64,000 bases of DNA from the NCBI GenBank assembly GCA_034435835.1, contig DAOTWF010000030.1:69069-133068 (forward strand). The letters are read 5' to 3'. This document shows, one piece after another, positions 33,968 to 43,632 of this stretch. This stretch comes from Dehalococcoidia bacterium (lineage in GTDB: Bacteria > Chloroflexota > Dehalococcoidia > GIF9 > UBA5629). The first letter of the stretch is position 1, and every line of letters begins with the position of its first letter. The notes under the pieces were generated by a model that ran no database searches, was not told the DNA's origin, and saw only the letters and a list, made by a program, of their open reading frames with translations. The position numbers and the translations under genes were made by a program.

Positions 33968-36089
33968 ATCACCAGCCAAATCAAGAACGATAAGCAGGTT
34001 CCTGGGCAGCGAGTACACCGTTAAGGCGTCGTTAGGACACGTCCGTGACCTGCCGCCGAAAGAGCTGGGCATAGACATCGCCAATGGCTTCACTCCCAGA
34101 TACGTGATAATCTCCCAGCGGAAACATGTGGTGAGCGAGCTCAAGAAGTCAGCCGAAAATGCCTCAGCGGTCTATCTGGCAACCGACCCCGACCGCGAGG
34201 GGGAAGCCATCTCCTGGCACCTGGTCAAAGCCCTGAAACTGGACAATAATGGCAAGCCAATACACCGGGTGGTCTTCCACGAGATAACCAGAGAAGCAGT
34301 GGAGGAGGCGTTTCGGCAGCCCCGTTCTATCGACATGAACCTGGTCAACGCCCAGCAAGCACGCCGCCTCCTCGACCGGCTCGTCGGTTATATGCTCAGC
34401 CCTTTGCTGTGGCGCAAGGTACAGAGAGGGCTCTCCGCCGGAAGAGTACAGTCAGCCGCCCTCAGGATGATCGTTGACCGCGAGCGGGAAATACAGAGCT
34501 TCGTCCCCACCGAGTACTGGCTGATAGAAGCAGAGCTGGCTAAAATGCCGCCAGAGGACGCCAGCCCAAGCTTTAAAGCCCTGCTGGTGGGCTTCAGCGA
34601 CGGCACCAAGATAGAGATACCGGACAGGGGAAAAGCTGAGGCACTTCAGTCTGAACTCAGGGCTGCTGAGTATTATGTCAAGTCAGTACAGATAAAGGAG
34701 GCTCTGCGGCAGCCGGCGCCTCCGTTCATCACCAGCACTCTGCAGCAGGAAGCCTGGCGTAAGCTGCGGTTCACTGCTCAGCGCACCATGTCCATAGCGC
34801 AGCAGCTCTACGAGGGCATCCCTATCGGCGATGAGGGTCCTGTGGGCTTGATCACCTATATGCGCACCGATTCCACCCATGTGGCTTCCAGTGCCCTGGC
34901 TGAGACCAGGCAGTTCATCAAAGAAAGGTTCGGCGTCCAATACCTACCACCGCATGCTCGCACCTTTGAAAAAGCCAAGAAAGCTAAATGGACCCAGGAG
35001 GCGCATGAAGCCATCAGGCCCACTAGGGTCCACAGGGAACCGGAAAATCTCCGCCCCTTCCTGACACCGGACCAGTTCAAGCTTTACGAGCTCATCTGGA
35101 AGAGGATGGTGGCAAGCCAGATGATTGCCGCTGTCCTCGATGTCGTTACTCTAGAGGTAGAGGCAAGGAAAAAGGAAACAGACAGAGGCTACCTGTTCAG
35201 GACAACCAGCTATGTGGTGAAGTTCCCCGGATTCCTCATCCTGTACAGCGAGGACAGGGACGAGGATACCGGAGAGGACACCGCAACCCTTCCGCTCCCC
35301 AAGCTCTCGCCCGGTGAACCGCTTAAGCTGTTAGACCTTATCCCGCAGCAATGTTTCACCCAGCCACCACCCCGCTATACCGAAGCCACCCTGATCAAAG
35401 CGCTGGAACAGAAGGGGATAGGCCGCCCCAGCACCTACGCTCCTATCATCGCCACTATACAGGAGCGCGGCTATGTCTATAAGGAGAACGGTCGCTTCCG
35501 TCCCGACGAGATAGGCATGGTGGTAAGCGACTTGCTCACAAAGCACTTTCCCAAGATCGTCAAACTCGACTTCACCGCCCGCATGGAGGAAGAGCTAGAC
35601 GACATCGCCCGGGGGAAAAAGCAGTGGGTATCCGTAGTGAAGGAGTTCTATGAGCCGTTTGAGAAGATGGTGACTCAGGCTCAGACTAATATAGACAGAA
35701 TCAAAGTGATCAAGCCCACCGAGGAGAAATGCCCCGATTGCGGCAGCCTGATGGTCGTCAGGATCGGGCGCTACGGTAAGTTCCTCGCCTGCAGCAACTA
35801 CCCGGAATGCAAAAAGACCATGCCCTTCCTGACCAGGACAGGAGTCTCCTGCCCCAGGCCCGGTTGCGACGGAGAAATAGTGGAAAAGATAGGCAAGAGA
35901 AAGCGCCGCTTCTATGCCTGCACAAAATACCCCGAATGCAACTTCACTCTTAACCGCAAACCAATACCACAGTCGTGCCCTGACTGTGGTAACATACTTA
36001 TCACGTGGAGGAGAAATCTGGTAAAATGCATCGCCTGCGATTATAAAGGGGAACTGGACGCGATAGAAAAGGTAGGTGCCAAGGTATGA
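33948..36089 (+). CDS. topA: DNA topoisomerase I
   Basis: 713 aa. MKLVIVESPAKSRTISRFLG is the Toprim N-terminus. YMRTDS carries the active-site Tyr. C-terminal zinc ribbons include CPDCGSLMVVRIGRYGKFLACSNYPEC. Confidence 0.92.
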   Translation: MKLVIVESPAKSRTISRFLGSEYTVKASLGHVRDLPPKELGIDIANGFTPRYVIISQRKHVVSELKKSAENASAVYLATDPDREGEAISWHLVKALKLDNNGKPIHRVVFHEITREAVEEAFRQPRSIDMNLVNAQQARRLLDRLVGYMLSPLLWRKVQRGLSAGRVQSAALRMIVDREREIQSFVPTEYWLIEAELAKMPPEDASPSFKALLVGFSDGTKIEIPDRGKAEALQSELRAAEYYVKSVQIKEALRQPAPPFITSTLQQEAWRKLRFTAQRTMSIAQQLYEGIPIGDEGPVGLITYMRTDSTHVASSALAETRQFIKERFGVQYLPPHARTFEKAKKAKWTQEAHEAIRPTRVHREPENLRPFLTPDQFKLYELIWKRMVASQMIAAVLDVVTLEVEARKKETDRGYLFRTTSYVVKFPGFLILYSEDRDEDTGEDTATLPLPKLSPGEPLKLLDLIPQQCFTQPPPRYTEATLIKALEQKGIGRPSTYAPIIATIQERGYVYKENGRFRPDEIGMVVSDLLTKHFPKIVKLDFTARMEEELDDIARGKKQWVSVVKEFYEPFEKMVTQAQTNIDRIKVIKPTEEKCPDCGSLMVVRIGRYGKFLACSNYPECKKTMPFLTRTGVSCPRPGCDGEIVEKIGKRKRRFYACTKYPECNFTLNRKPIPQSCPDCGNILITWRRNLVKCIACDYKGELDAIEKVGAKV

Positions 36090-36535
36090 AAAAGGTGCTG
36101 GTCATCAATGGTCCAAACTTAAACCTCCTGGGCAAAAGGGACACACGCCATTACGGAAGCAAAACGCTCCCGGAGATCGAAAGGGCACTGATAACCGAGG
36201 GCAAGAAACTCGGTATCGAGATCCTCTGCTTCCAGTCCAATAGCGAAGGAGCCATCATCGATTTCATCCAGCAGAGCTATGCTGAGGCCGAGGGGATAAT
36301 CATCAACCCCGGGGCTCTGACTCACTACAGTCTGGCGCTACGCGACGTCCTTGCCGATGTGGCGCTCCCCTGTGTGGAAGTGCACCTCTCAAATATCTAC
36401 GCGCGGGAAGAATGGCGACAGAAATCGGTAACCGCACCCGTCGTCACCGGACAGATAAGCGGCTTGGGCTGGCAGGGCTACCTGCTGGCTCTGCAATATC
36501 TGGCTGGCGTGCTCAAAGATAAAAAACAGAAATGA
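36086..36535 (+). CDS. aroQ: Type II 3-dehydroquinate dehydratase
   Basis: 149 aa. VLVINGPNLNLLGKRDTRHYG and EVHLSNIYAREEWR are AroQ signatures. An ATGA overlap joins it to topA. Confidence 0.9.
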   Translation: MKKVLVINGPNLNLLGKRDTRHYGSKTLPEIERALITEGKKLGIEILCFQSNSEGAIIDFIQQSYAEAEGIIINPGALTHYSLALRDVLADVALPCVEVHLSNIYAREEWRQKSVTAPVVTGQISGLGWQGYLLALQYLAGVLKDKKQK

Positions 36536-37587
36536 ACCGAGTAGAAAGGCTGCGCAAAATACTGGCAGAGATGGGACTGGATGCGCTCCTGGTTGCACAT
36601 CCTGAAAACCGTCATTACCTCTCCGGTTTCCGCGGCTCTGCCGGCTGGTTACTCATTTCCCGTACTACTGCCCTATTGGCTGTCGACTTCAGATATGTGG
36701 AGCAAGCCGGGATGGAGGCACCTGGATTCGAGATAGTACACATCAAAGGAGAGCCGGCAGTCTGGCTACCAGACCTCGCTGCAGGCAACAACGTTAGAAA
36801 TATCGGCTTCGAATCAAACCACCTTCCCTTTGCCACCTACCAAAAGCTGCGCACCGCGCTAAAAAAACATGACATCAAGCTTACACCAACAGAGAACATG
36901 GTTGAATCTTTGCGAGCAACCAAGGAAAAAGAAGAAATAGAAAGCATCGCCGCAGCAGCAGCACTTGCCGACGCCGCTTTTGAATATGCCAGGTCCATAA
37001 TCCGCCCCGGTATCACGGAGAAGCAGGTTGCCTGGGGGGTGGAAAAGTTTCTCCGCAGCCAAGGCAGCGAGACCGTGCCCTTCGACACCATCATCGCCTC
37101 GGGTCCCAATTCAGCGCTGCCACATGCCAGGGCATCCGAGAGGTATATTCAGGAAAAAGAACCGATAGTCATCGACCTCGGGGCCCGCGTCAACGGATAC
37201 TGCAGCGACCTGACCCGCACCATCGTACTGGGCAACGGTGATGGGACGTTTTCCAGAATTTATGACACAGTTCTCGGTGCCCAGCTCACCGCACTCGCCA
37301 CACTTACCGCTGGAATGACCGGCGGTGAGGTGGACAGCCTTGCCAGAGCCGCCATCGAGGAGGCCGGTTACGGAGAGAAATTCGGACACGGGCTGGGACA
37401 CGGCGTCGGACTGAACCCACATGAACTGCCCCGTTTGTCGCCCGGCTCGTCCGATGTATTACAGGAAAATATGGTGTTCACCATCGAACCGGGTGTCTAT
37501 GTGCCGGGCTGGGGTGGCATCAGAATTGAGGATACGGTGATCCTACAAAACGGCAAAACCAGACCGTTGACGCGGTCTGAAAAATAG
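36532..37587 (+). CDS. pepP: Xaa-Pro aminopeptidase / M24B peptidase
   Basis: 351 aa. CSDLTRT, HGLGHGVGLNPHE and GIRIEDTV are M24 metal-ligand motifs. The aroQ-pepP-efp order matches the known B. subtilis yqhS-yqhT-efp arrangement. Confidence 0.8.
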   Translation: MNRVERLRKILAEMGLDALLVAHPENRHYLSGFRGSAGWLLISRTTALLAVDFRYVEQAGMEAPGFEIVHIKGEPAVWLPDLAAGNNVRNIGFESNHLPFATYQKLRTALKKHDIKLTPTENMVESLRATKEKEEIESIAAAAALADAAFEYARSIIRPGITEKQVAWGVEKFLRSQGSETVPFDTIIASGPNSALPHARASERYIQEKEPIVIDLGARVNGYCSDLTRTIVLGNGDGTFSRIYDTVLGAQLTALATLTAGMTGGEVDSLARAAIEEAGYGEKFGHGLGHGVGLNPHELPRLSPGSSDVLQENMVFTIEPGVYVPGWGGIRIEDTVILQNGKTRPLTRSEK

Positions 37588-37618
37588 CCAATGCTAAATC
37601 AGGAGGTCCGCTCATCCA

Positions 37619-38179
37619 ATGATAGACGCCGGTGAACTGAAAAAAGGCATCACCATCGAGCTGGACGGGAACCTCTATCAGGTACTCGACTACCAGCACA
37701 TCAAAATGGGGCGCGGTTCAGCACAGATAAGACTGAAGCTCCGCGACCTCCGCGCTGGCTATATAACAGAACGCTCATTCCAAGCCAGCGAGCGGTTCAA
37801 GCGCGCCTTCCTGGAACACCGACCCGTCCAGTACATCTACAATGACGAGCATCTTTACTACTTCATGGACACCAAGACCTATGAGCAAATACCGCTGGAC
37901 AGGTCGATCCTGGGCGATGCCCTGAACTATCTCAAGGAGGACTTGAACCTGGAGTTGCTGACTCACAACGGCAAAGCCGTGGGCATAGAACTGCCTGTCG
38001 CGGTAGAGCTGAAGGTGGTGGAAACGGGACCCGCCTTCAAGGGGGACACCGCCACCGCCGGCAGCAAACCAGCCAAGCTGGAAACGGGCATCACCATCAA
38101 GGTGCCTCTGTTCATCAACAACGGTGATGTAATCAAAGTGGACACCAGAACAGGAGAGTACCTGGAGAGGGTGAGTTGA
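37619..38179 (+). CDS. efp: Translation elongation factor P
   Basis: 186 aa. ELKKGITIELDGNLYQVLDYQHIKMGRGSAQIRLKLRDL is the EF-P N-terminal KOW-like domain with the conserved loop. Confidence 0.92.
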   Translation: MIDAGELKKGITIELDGNLYQVLDYQHIKMGRGSAQIRLKLRDLRAGYITERSFQASERFKRAFLEHRPVQYIYNDEHLYYFMDTKTYEQIPLDRSILGDALNYLKEDLNLELLTHNGKAVGIELPVAVELKVVETGPAFKGDTATAGSKPAKLETGITIKVPLFINNGDVIKVDTRTGEYLERVS

Positions 38180-38832
38180 GTAACAGGATAAGAGCCGACC
38201 TCCATCTTCACACCTGCTATTCCATGGACTGCGCCATGACCCTGGAGCAGATTGTTGACCGCTGCCTCGCGGTGGGCATCAACTGCCTCGCCATCACCGA
38301 CCACAATACCATCGAAGGTGCCCTGCGTATGAGGGAAATCGCACCCTTCACGGTGATCGTTGGTGAAGAAATTCTGACCACCAGCGGCGAGATCATAGGA
38401 CTGTTCCTCATCCATCACATCCCCAGCGGACTTTCCCCCCAAGAGACCATAAACCGCATTAAGTCCCAGGGCGGCTTGGTATGCATCCCCCACCCTTTCG
38501 ATACACTGCGGCTTTCCGCCTCAAGGGACTCCCTCTTTGAAAGCCTGATGCCACAAGTGGATATAGTTGAGGTTTTCAATGCTCGCAGCCTTTCACCCTC
38601 CAGCACCGACAAAGCCTGGCAACTAGCCCACAAATATAGCAAGCCCGCAAGCGCTGGCAGCGATGCCCACTCACCACAAGAAATCGGTAATGCCTATGTG
38701 GAGATGCCTCATTTCGACGGCAAAGAGGATTTCATCGCCTCACTGGAACAGGGGAGGATCGCCGGCAGCAAGTCGAGCCCGACCGTCCATCTCTTCAGCA
38801 CCTGGGCGAGACTGAAAAAACAGCTATTTTGA
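38176..38832 (+). CDS. PHP-domain metal-dependent phosphoesterase
   Basis: 218 aa. The ADLHLHTCYSMDC (HxH), ITDHNT, IPHPFD and GSDAHS motifs are present. It overlaps efp by 4 nt. Confidence 0.75.
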   Translation: MSNRIRADLHLHTCYSMDCAMTLEQIVDRCLAVGINCLAITDHNTIEGALRMREIAPFTVIVGEEILTTSGEIIGLFLIHHIPSGLSPQETINRIKSQGGLVCIPHPFDTLRLSASRDSLFESLMPQVDIVEVFNARSLSPSSTDKAWQLAHKYSKPASAGSDAHSPQEIGNAYVEMPHFDGKEDFIASLEQGRIAGSKSSPTVHLFSTWARLKKQLF

Positions 38833-38839
38833 AAAATTA

Positions 38840-39670
38840 GTGCTGATGCTGAAGCTGGGTTGGTTTTCCACCGGCAGGGACGAGGCAGCAAGACTGCTGC
38901 TTCAGACAGTCTGCCAGCATATCCAGGATGGCGAGATATCTGCCAGAATATCCTTCGTCTTTAGCAACCGTGAGCCCGGCGAATCGGAGCAGAGCGACCT
39001 GTTCTTCAACTTGGTCAAAAGCTACGATATCCCGCTTATCTGTCTGTCGTCTAGAGGATTTCAGGCAAAACTGGGCGGCAAACCCAAGGGTGCGGATCCT
39101 GAAACAGGTCTGCCGCTGTGGCGTCTGGAATACGACCGTGAGGTGATGAGACGACTTGGCAATTTTAAGCCAGAGCTGTGCGTCCTCGCCGGCTACATGC
39201 TCATCGTGGGCAAGGAAATGTGCCAAAAATACAACATGATCAACCTCCACCCGGCAAAGCCCGGCGGTCCCAAGGGCACCTGGCAGGATGTTATCTGGAC
39301 ACTGATAGAGGGAAAAGCAAGGGAGACCGGCGTCATGATGCACCTGGTAACGCCGGAACTAGACAGCGGACCTGTGGTCACTTACTGTACTTTCCCCATC
39401 GTGGGTGGACCGTTCGACAGACTATGGCAGGAACTGGGCAGTCGCTCCGTGGCAGAAATAAAGAGGGAGGAAGGAGAAAATAACAGGCTCTTCCAGCTCA
39501 TACGCCAGCATGGTGTCGCCAGGGAGCTACCCCTTATAGTAGCCACATTGAAAGCTTTTGCTCAGGGAAAGACCAAGATTGAAAACGGCGTGGTACTGGA
39601 TAATGCGGGTAAACCGATAGCCGGCTATGACCTCACCGAACAAGTAAACAGGATGGTGGAATCAAGATGA
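38840..39670 (+). CDS. Formyltransferase-like (PurN-fold) protein with an atypical active-site region and a C-terminal extension
   Basis: 276 aa with a GTG start. ISFVFSNREPG...VLAGYMLIVGKEM...MINLHPAKPGGPKG...GVMMHLVTPELDSGPVV resembles the GAR-transformylase fold, but LHPAKPGG replaces the canonical HPSLLP. Confidence 0.5.
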   Translation: MLMLKLGWFSTGRDEAARLLLQTVCQHIQDGEISARISFVFSNREPGESEQSDLFFNLVKSYDIPLICLSSRGFQAKLGGKPKGADPETGLPLWRLEYDREVMRRLGNFKPELCVLAGYMLIVGKEMCQKYNMINLHPAKPGGPKGTWQDVIWTLIEGKARETGVMMHLVTPELDSGPVVTYCTFPIVGGPFDRLWQELGSRSVAEIKREEGENNRLFQLIRQHGVARELPLIVATLKAFAQGKTKIENGVVLDNAGKPIAGYDLTEQVNRMVESR

Positions 39671-40653
39671 AGTTTATCGCCTTCGACCTGGAGGGACCTC
39701 TGGCAGTCCAGGACAATGCCTACGAGCTGATGAAGCTCTTTCCTGGTGGCGATAAAATCTTTGAAATAATCAGCCGCTATGACGACCTGCTCACCCTGGA
39801 GGGCAGACCGGACTACGAACCAGGCGATACCTTAGCCCTGATCGCCCCATTTCTGATCTACCACGGGATTAAAGAGGAGCACATCTCGGCGTTAGCCAGA
39901 GAGGCGACGCTGGTCAACGGGGCAGAAAGACTCGTCCTCAAGCTCAGCATCGCCGGCTGGAAGGTATTCTGCATCAGCACCAGCTACCAGCAGTATGCTA
40001 GGCACATTGCCCACAGGCTTAACATCTTCTGGCAGAACGTCGCCTGCACCCCTTTCCCCATCGAAGAACTGCAGCGCCTTGTCTCCAGTGAAGATCTCCA
40101 CTCTATTGAACACCTCGAGGCTGAATTGCTGGCTCAACAATCGATAGACGACGCCTGGATAAAAGAGCGGCTCGACCGTTTTTACTGGCAGGACATCCAG
40201 AAGACAAGCCTGGCTCGAATAATGGAAAAGGTAAAGCCCGTCGGCGGCGCTCGAAAGGTACAAGCATTGAAACGGTTCGCTGAAAGTCACAGACAGCCGC
40301 TCTCCGCCTGGGTGGTGGTGGGCGACAGCATCACCGACTTCAAAATGCTGCAGAACGTGGAAGGCACAGGCGGCTTGGCTATAGCATTTAACGCCAACCA
40401 GTACGCACTCCCCTACGCTACTATGGGCTTGGCATCTACCCATCTGGACGACCTCCTACCCGTGTTGGAAACGTGGTCGAAAGGCGGGCGCCGGGCAGTA
40501 GAAATGCTCGTCAAACAGAAAGAAAAGACCGGCGGCTCCGATAACCGGAATTACTTTCACTGGCTCTCCGGCAGAAAGGATATTACCGCTCCCCTTGAGA
40601 TACACCAGAGGATCAGGAGAGTGGTCAGACAGGAGGCAGCCAAACTGGGGTAA
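39667..40653 (+). CDS. HAD-superfamily-like protein of unknown function
   Basis: 328 aa. The N-terminal FIAFDLEGPL resembles HAD motif I with Glu in place of the second Asp. VVGDSITDFKML resembles motif IV. It overlaps the upstream gene by 4 nt. Confidence 0.45.
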   Translation: MKFIAFDLEGPLAVQDNAYELMKLFPGGDKIFEIISRYDDLLTLEGRPDYEPGDTLALIAPFLIYHGIKEEHISALAREATLVNGAERLVLKLSIAGWKVFCISTSYQQYARHIAHRLNIFWQNVACTPFPIEELQRLVSSEDLHSIEHLEAELLAQQSIDDAWIKERLDRFYWQDIQKTSLARIMEKVKPVGGARKVQALKRFAESHRQPLSAWVVVGDSITDFKMLQNVEGTGGLAIAFNANQYALPYATMGLASTHLDDLLPVLETWSKGGRRAVEMLVKQKEKTGGSDNRNYFHWLSGRKDITAPLEIHQRIRRVVRQEAAKLG

Positions 40654-40658
40654 AAAAA

Positions 40659-41633
40659 TTGGCTGACAGCTGCGAAATTGCAGTAATCGGCGTCGGTGCC
40701 ATGAACCTCGACTATATCTGTCGTGTTGGGGAAACCGTCGAGGATGGTGAAGCGACGATCACCCGGTTTGTTCCTTCCCCCGGTGGCTCCGCAGCCAACA
40801 CCCTCTATGGCCTCGCCAGACTCGGCATCGGGGCTGGTTTCATCGGCGCCGTGGGGAATGACGCAGAGGGCAAGGTTCTCGTCCGCAGCTTTAGGACCGT
40901 CGGGATAGACACCAGCCACATCTGTGTAAAGTCCGGCACAAAGACGGGGCTGGCGTTTTGCTTCAGCGACAGCAAAGGGAGACGCGCCATCTATCTCCTC
41001 CCCGGAGCCAACGATTTGCTCTCCGAAGAAGACATGGACACTGCTTACCTGAACCGCGCCCGGATAGTGCATTTTTCCTCGTTTGCCCGCGACGAGCAGT
41101 TCCGCCTGCAAATAAAGACAGCACAAACTCTGGCGGACCATGTAAAACTTTCTCTGGCTCCAGGTATGCTATACGCCTCCAAAGGCTTAAAAATTCTTGC
41201 CCCTCTGCTGGAGCGCTCCTCTATAGTTTTTCTGAACCGCGAAGAGGTTAGACTGCTTACCGGGAAGGACTTCAAAACAGGGGCAAAGGTGCTGCTCAGT
41301 ACCGGATGTCATACGGTAGTGGTCACCCTAGGGAAGGGCATTGCCCACAGCGGTGGCAAAAGGCTGAACGGCTATATACGCACCCGGGGGACAGAGCACT
41401 TCGTGACGGCTGAAGCCTTAGAAGCAAAGGATATCGAGTCCACAGGTGCCGGGGATGCCTTCGCCTGCGGTTTCCTCTTCGGCGTACTGAGGGAGAAACC
41501 CTTGGACCAGTGTGGGGTGCTCGGGGACATTGTAGCGCGCTCTGTGCTCTCAGCACCTGGTGGCAGGAAAGGCTTCCCCACCCTGAAACAACTGTCCCGT
41601 GCCCACCTCAAGCGAACCGGCAAGCGACTTTAG
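40659..41633 (+). CDS. PfkB-family carbohydrate/nucleoside kinase (ribokinase-like)
   Basis: 324 aa with a TTG start. GGSAANTLYGLARLG and TGAGDAFACGFLFG are the two PfkB signatures. Confidence 0.8.
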   Translation: MADSCEIAVIGVGAMNLDYICRVGETVEDGEATITRFVPSPGGSAANTLYGLARLGIGAGFIGAVGNDAEGKVLVRSFRTVGIDTSHICVKSGTKTGLAFCFSDSKGRRAIYLLPGANDLLSEEDMDTAYLNRARIVHFSSFARDEQFRLQIKTAQTLADHVKLSLAPGMLYASKGLKILAPLLERSSIVFLNREEVRLLTGKDFKTGAKVLLSTGCHTVVVTLGKGIAHSGGKRLNGYIRTRGTEHFVTAEALEAKDIESTGAGDAFACGFLFGVLREKPLDQCGVLGDIVARSVLSAPGGRKGFPTLKQLSRAHLKRTGKRL

Positions 41634-41643
41634 CTGGACGCCA

Positions 41644-42267
41644 CTACTTCCTGCCACCTGACTGCTTGTCGCCAGGTTTCCTCAGGATCTCGTCGATGAT
41701 ACCGTACTCCACGGCTTGCTCTGCGCCCAGATAGAAGTCGCGGTCGGTATCATGGGCGATCTTCTCAATGGGCTGGCCCGTATGCTTGGCTATTATACCG
41801 CGGATCAGCTCCTGCAGCCTCATTATCTCCCTGGCAGCTATCGCTACATCTGCTGCTGGACCCTGAGCACCGCCTATCGCCTGGTGCATGTGGATGGTGG
41901 CATTGGGCAGGGCATACCGCTTCCCCTTGGCACCGGCACAGAGGATGAGCGTCCCCATGCTAGCGGCCAGACCTACGCAGATGGTGCACACATCAGGGCG
42001 GATCAACTGCATGGTATCATATATGGCAAGGCCCGCGCTGACGATGCCCCCGGGGCAATTGATGTAAAGGTGTATGTCCTTCTCCGGATCCTCGTGTTCC
42101 AGATACAGTAGCTGGGCAATAATAAGGTTCGCCACCTGATCGTTAATCGGCGTGCCCAAGAATACGATGCGCTCCTTGAGGAGCAGCGAATATATATCGA
42201 AGGCACGCTCCCCGCGGGCGCTCGTCTCAATGACCATTGGTATTATGTTCTTAAATTTTTCCATCAT
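41644..42267 (-). CDS. clpP: ATP-dependent Clp protease proteolytic subunit
   Basis: 207 aa. [32 protein letters not shown] (active-site Ser) and [10 protein letters not shown] (His) are present. Confidence 0.93.
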   Translation of the reverse strand: MMEKFKNIIPMVIETSARGERAFDIYSLLLKERIVFLGTPINDQVANLIIAQLLYLEHEDPEKDIHLYINCPGGIVSAGLAIYDTMQLIRPDVCTICVGLAASMGTLILCAGAKGKRYALPNATIHMHQAIGGAQGPAADVAIAAREIMRLQELIRGIIAKHTGQPIEKIAHDTDRDFYLGAEQAVEYGIIDEILRKPGDKQSGGRK

Positions 42268-42291
42268 ATCCTGCTCACCTCCTAGTTTGAA

Positions 42292-43572
42292 TCAGTCAGG
42301 CTTCACCACCAGCCGCTCCAACAGCCTGTCCATGGTCTTACGGCGCTTGAGGAACCACCTCACCGACTCCCTCCTGTCCTCAGAACTGAAGACTTCTCGC
42401 AACTTCTCAGCCCCTTCACCTGCATTTGCCGCTATCCGCTCCACCTCTTCCTCAACCTCAAAGTCCGTGACTTCCACCTTTTCAGCCTCCACAACCTCAT
42501 CCAAGACCAACGAGCGCACCAGCCGCTGTGTTGACTCAGCACGCAGCTCCTCTCTGTGCTCAGCCATTGTCTTGCCCACTGCCTTCAGGTACCTCTCCAG
42601 CCCGCTGATCCCTTCAACAAAATGTCTGGCTTCGTCTGTAATCAGACGGTCGATCTCCCTCTCCACCAGAACCGGTGGATACTCCACCTGACTCACCTCC
42701 ACAAGCGCGTCCATTATCTTTTTTTCCGCATCTAGACGCGCTGTTGACTCTTTTCTAGCCCTGATGGCGTCCGCTATCCTTGCCCGCAACGAGGCTAGGT
42801 CGTCACTTCCCAGCAACTTGGCGAACTCCTCATCCAATTCTGGAAGCTTCTTCCCCTTTATGTCCTTGATGGTCACCTTGAAAACATGTTCCTTGCCGGC
42901 AAGCTCTGCAACTTCATAATCAGCGGGATATGACAGGGTGATGTCCCTTTCCTCGCCCTTATTCATGCCAACCAAACTTTCAGCAAACCCGGGCAGGGGT
43001 AACCGCGAGCCCTCGCGCACTTCGTAGACCAGGTCCTGGCGGAGCGGCGTTGATTTCCCCTCCTTCACTTCATGCACGTCCAGTGTCACCTCGTCGCCTA
43101 AAGCCACCTGGCGCTCCACAGGGGACAGCACGGCATGCTCTTCACGGAGCTGCTCCAGCACCGCATCTATCTCAGCGTCGGTGACCTCCACTGGCTGGGC
43201 TTCAACCTTAATCTGGCTGTAATCGCCGAGCTTTACCGTTGGCTTGAGCGGAACCACCGCCTTAAATACCAGTGGCTCGGTCTGGACTATCTCAAACGAC
43301 GGTTGAGCAATGGGCTCGAGCTCCTGGCTCTCCACGGCCTCAGCATACGCCTCCGGTATCAGGTCCTCCAGTGCCTCACGAAATAGCATCTCTTTGCCCA
43401 CATAGCGTACCAGCACGTCCCTCGGTGCCTTGCCCTTACGGAACCCGGGCACCGATACGCGCTTTGCCAGACGCTGATAAGCCCTGTCGAGGTACTTATC
43501 CACCTCACCAGCCTCCATCTCGATGTTCAACAGCACCTGGCTATTCTGCATAGGTTCAGCGGACACCTTCAT
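42292..43572 (-). CDS. tig: Trigger factor
   Basis: 426 aa. The ribosome-binding motif VPGFRKGKAPR is present, and the gene lies in the usual tig-clpP arrangement. Confidence 0.9.
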   Translation of the reverse strand: MKVSAEPMQNSQVLLNIEMEAGEVDKYLDRAYQRLAKRVSVPGFRKGKAPRDVLVRYVGKEMLFREALEDLIPEAYAEAVESQELEPIAQPSFEIVQTEPLVFKAVVPLKPTVKLGDYSQIKVEAQPVEVTDAEIDAVLEQLREEHAVLSPVERQVALGDEVTLDVHEVKEGKSTPLRQDLVYEVREGSRLPLPGFAESLVGMNKGEERDITLSYPADYEVAELAGKEHVFKVTIKDIKGKKLPELDEEFAKLLGSDDLASLRARIADAIRARKESTARLDAEKKIMDALVEVSQVEYPPVLVEREIDRLITDEARHFVEGISGLERYLKAVGKTMAEHREELRAESTQRLVRSLVLDEVVEAEKVEVTDFEVEEEVERIAANAGEGAEKLREVFSSEDRRESVRWFLKRRKTMDRLLERLVVKPD

Positions 43573-43632
43573 CTCAACACCATCTTTCGTAGGTTAATAA
43601 ATTATATCAGTTTACTTGGAATTGCGCTCGGG

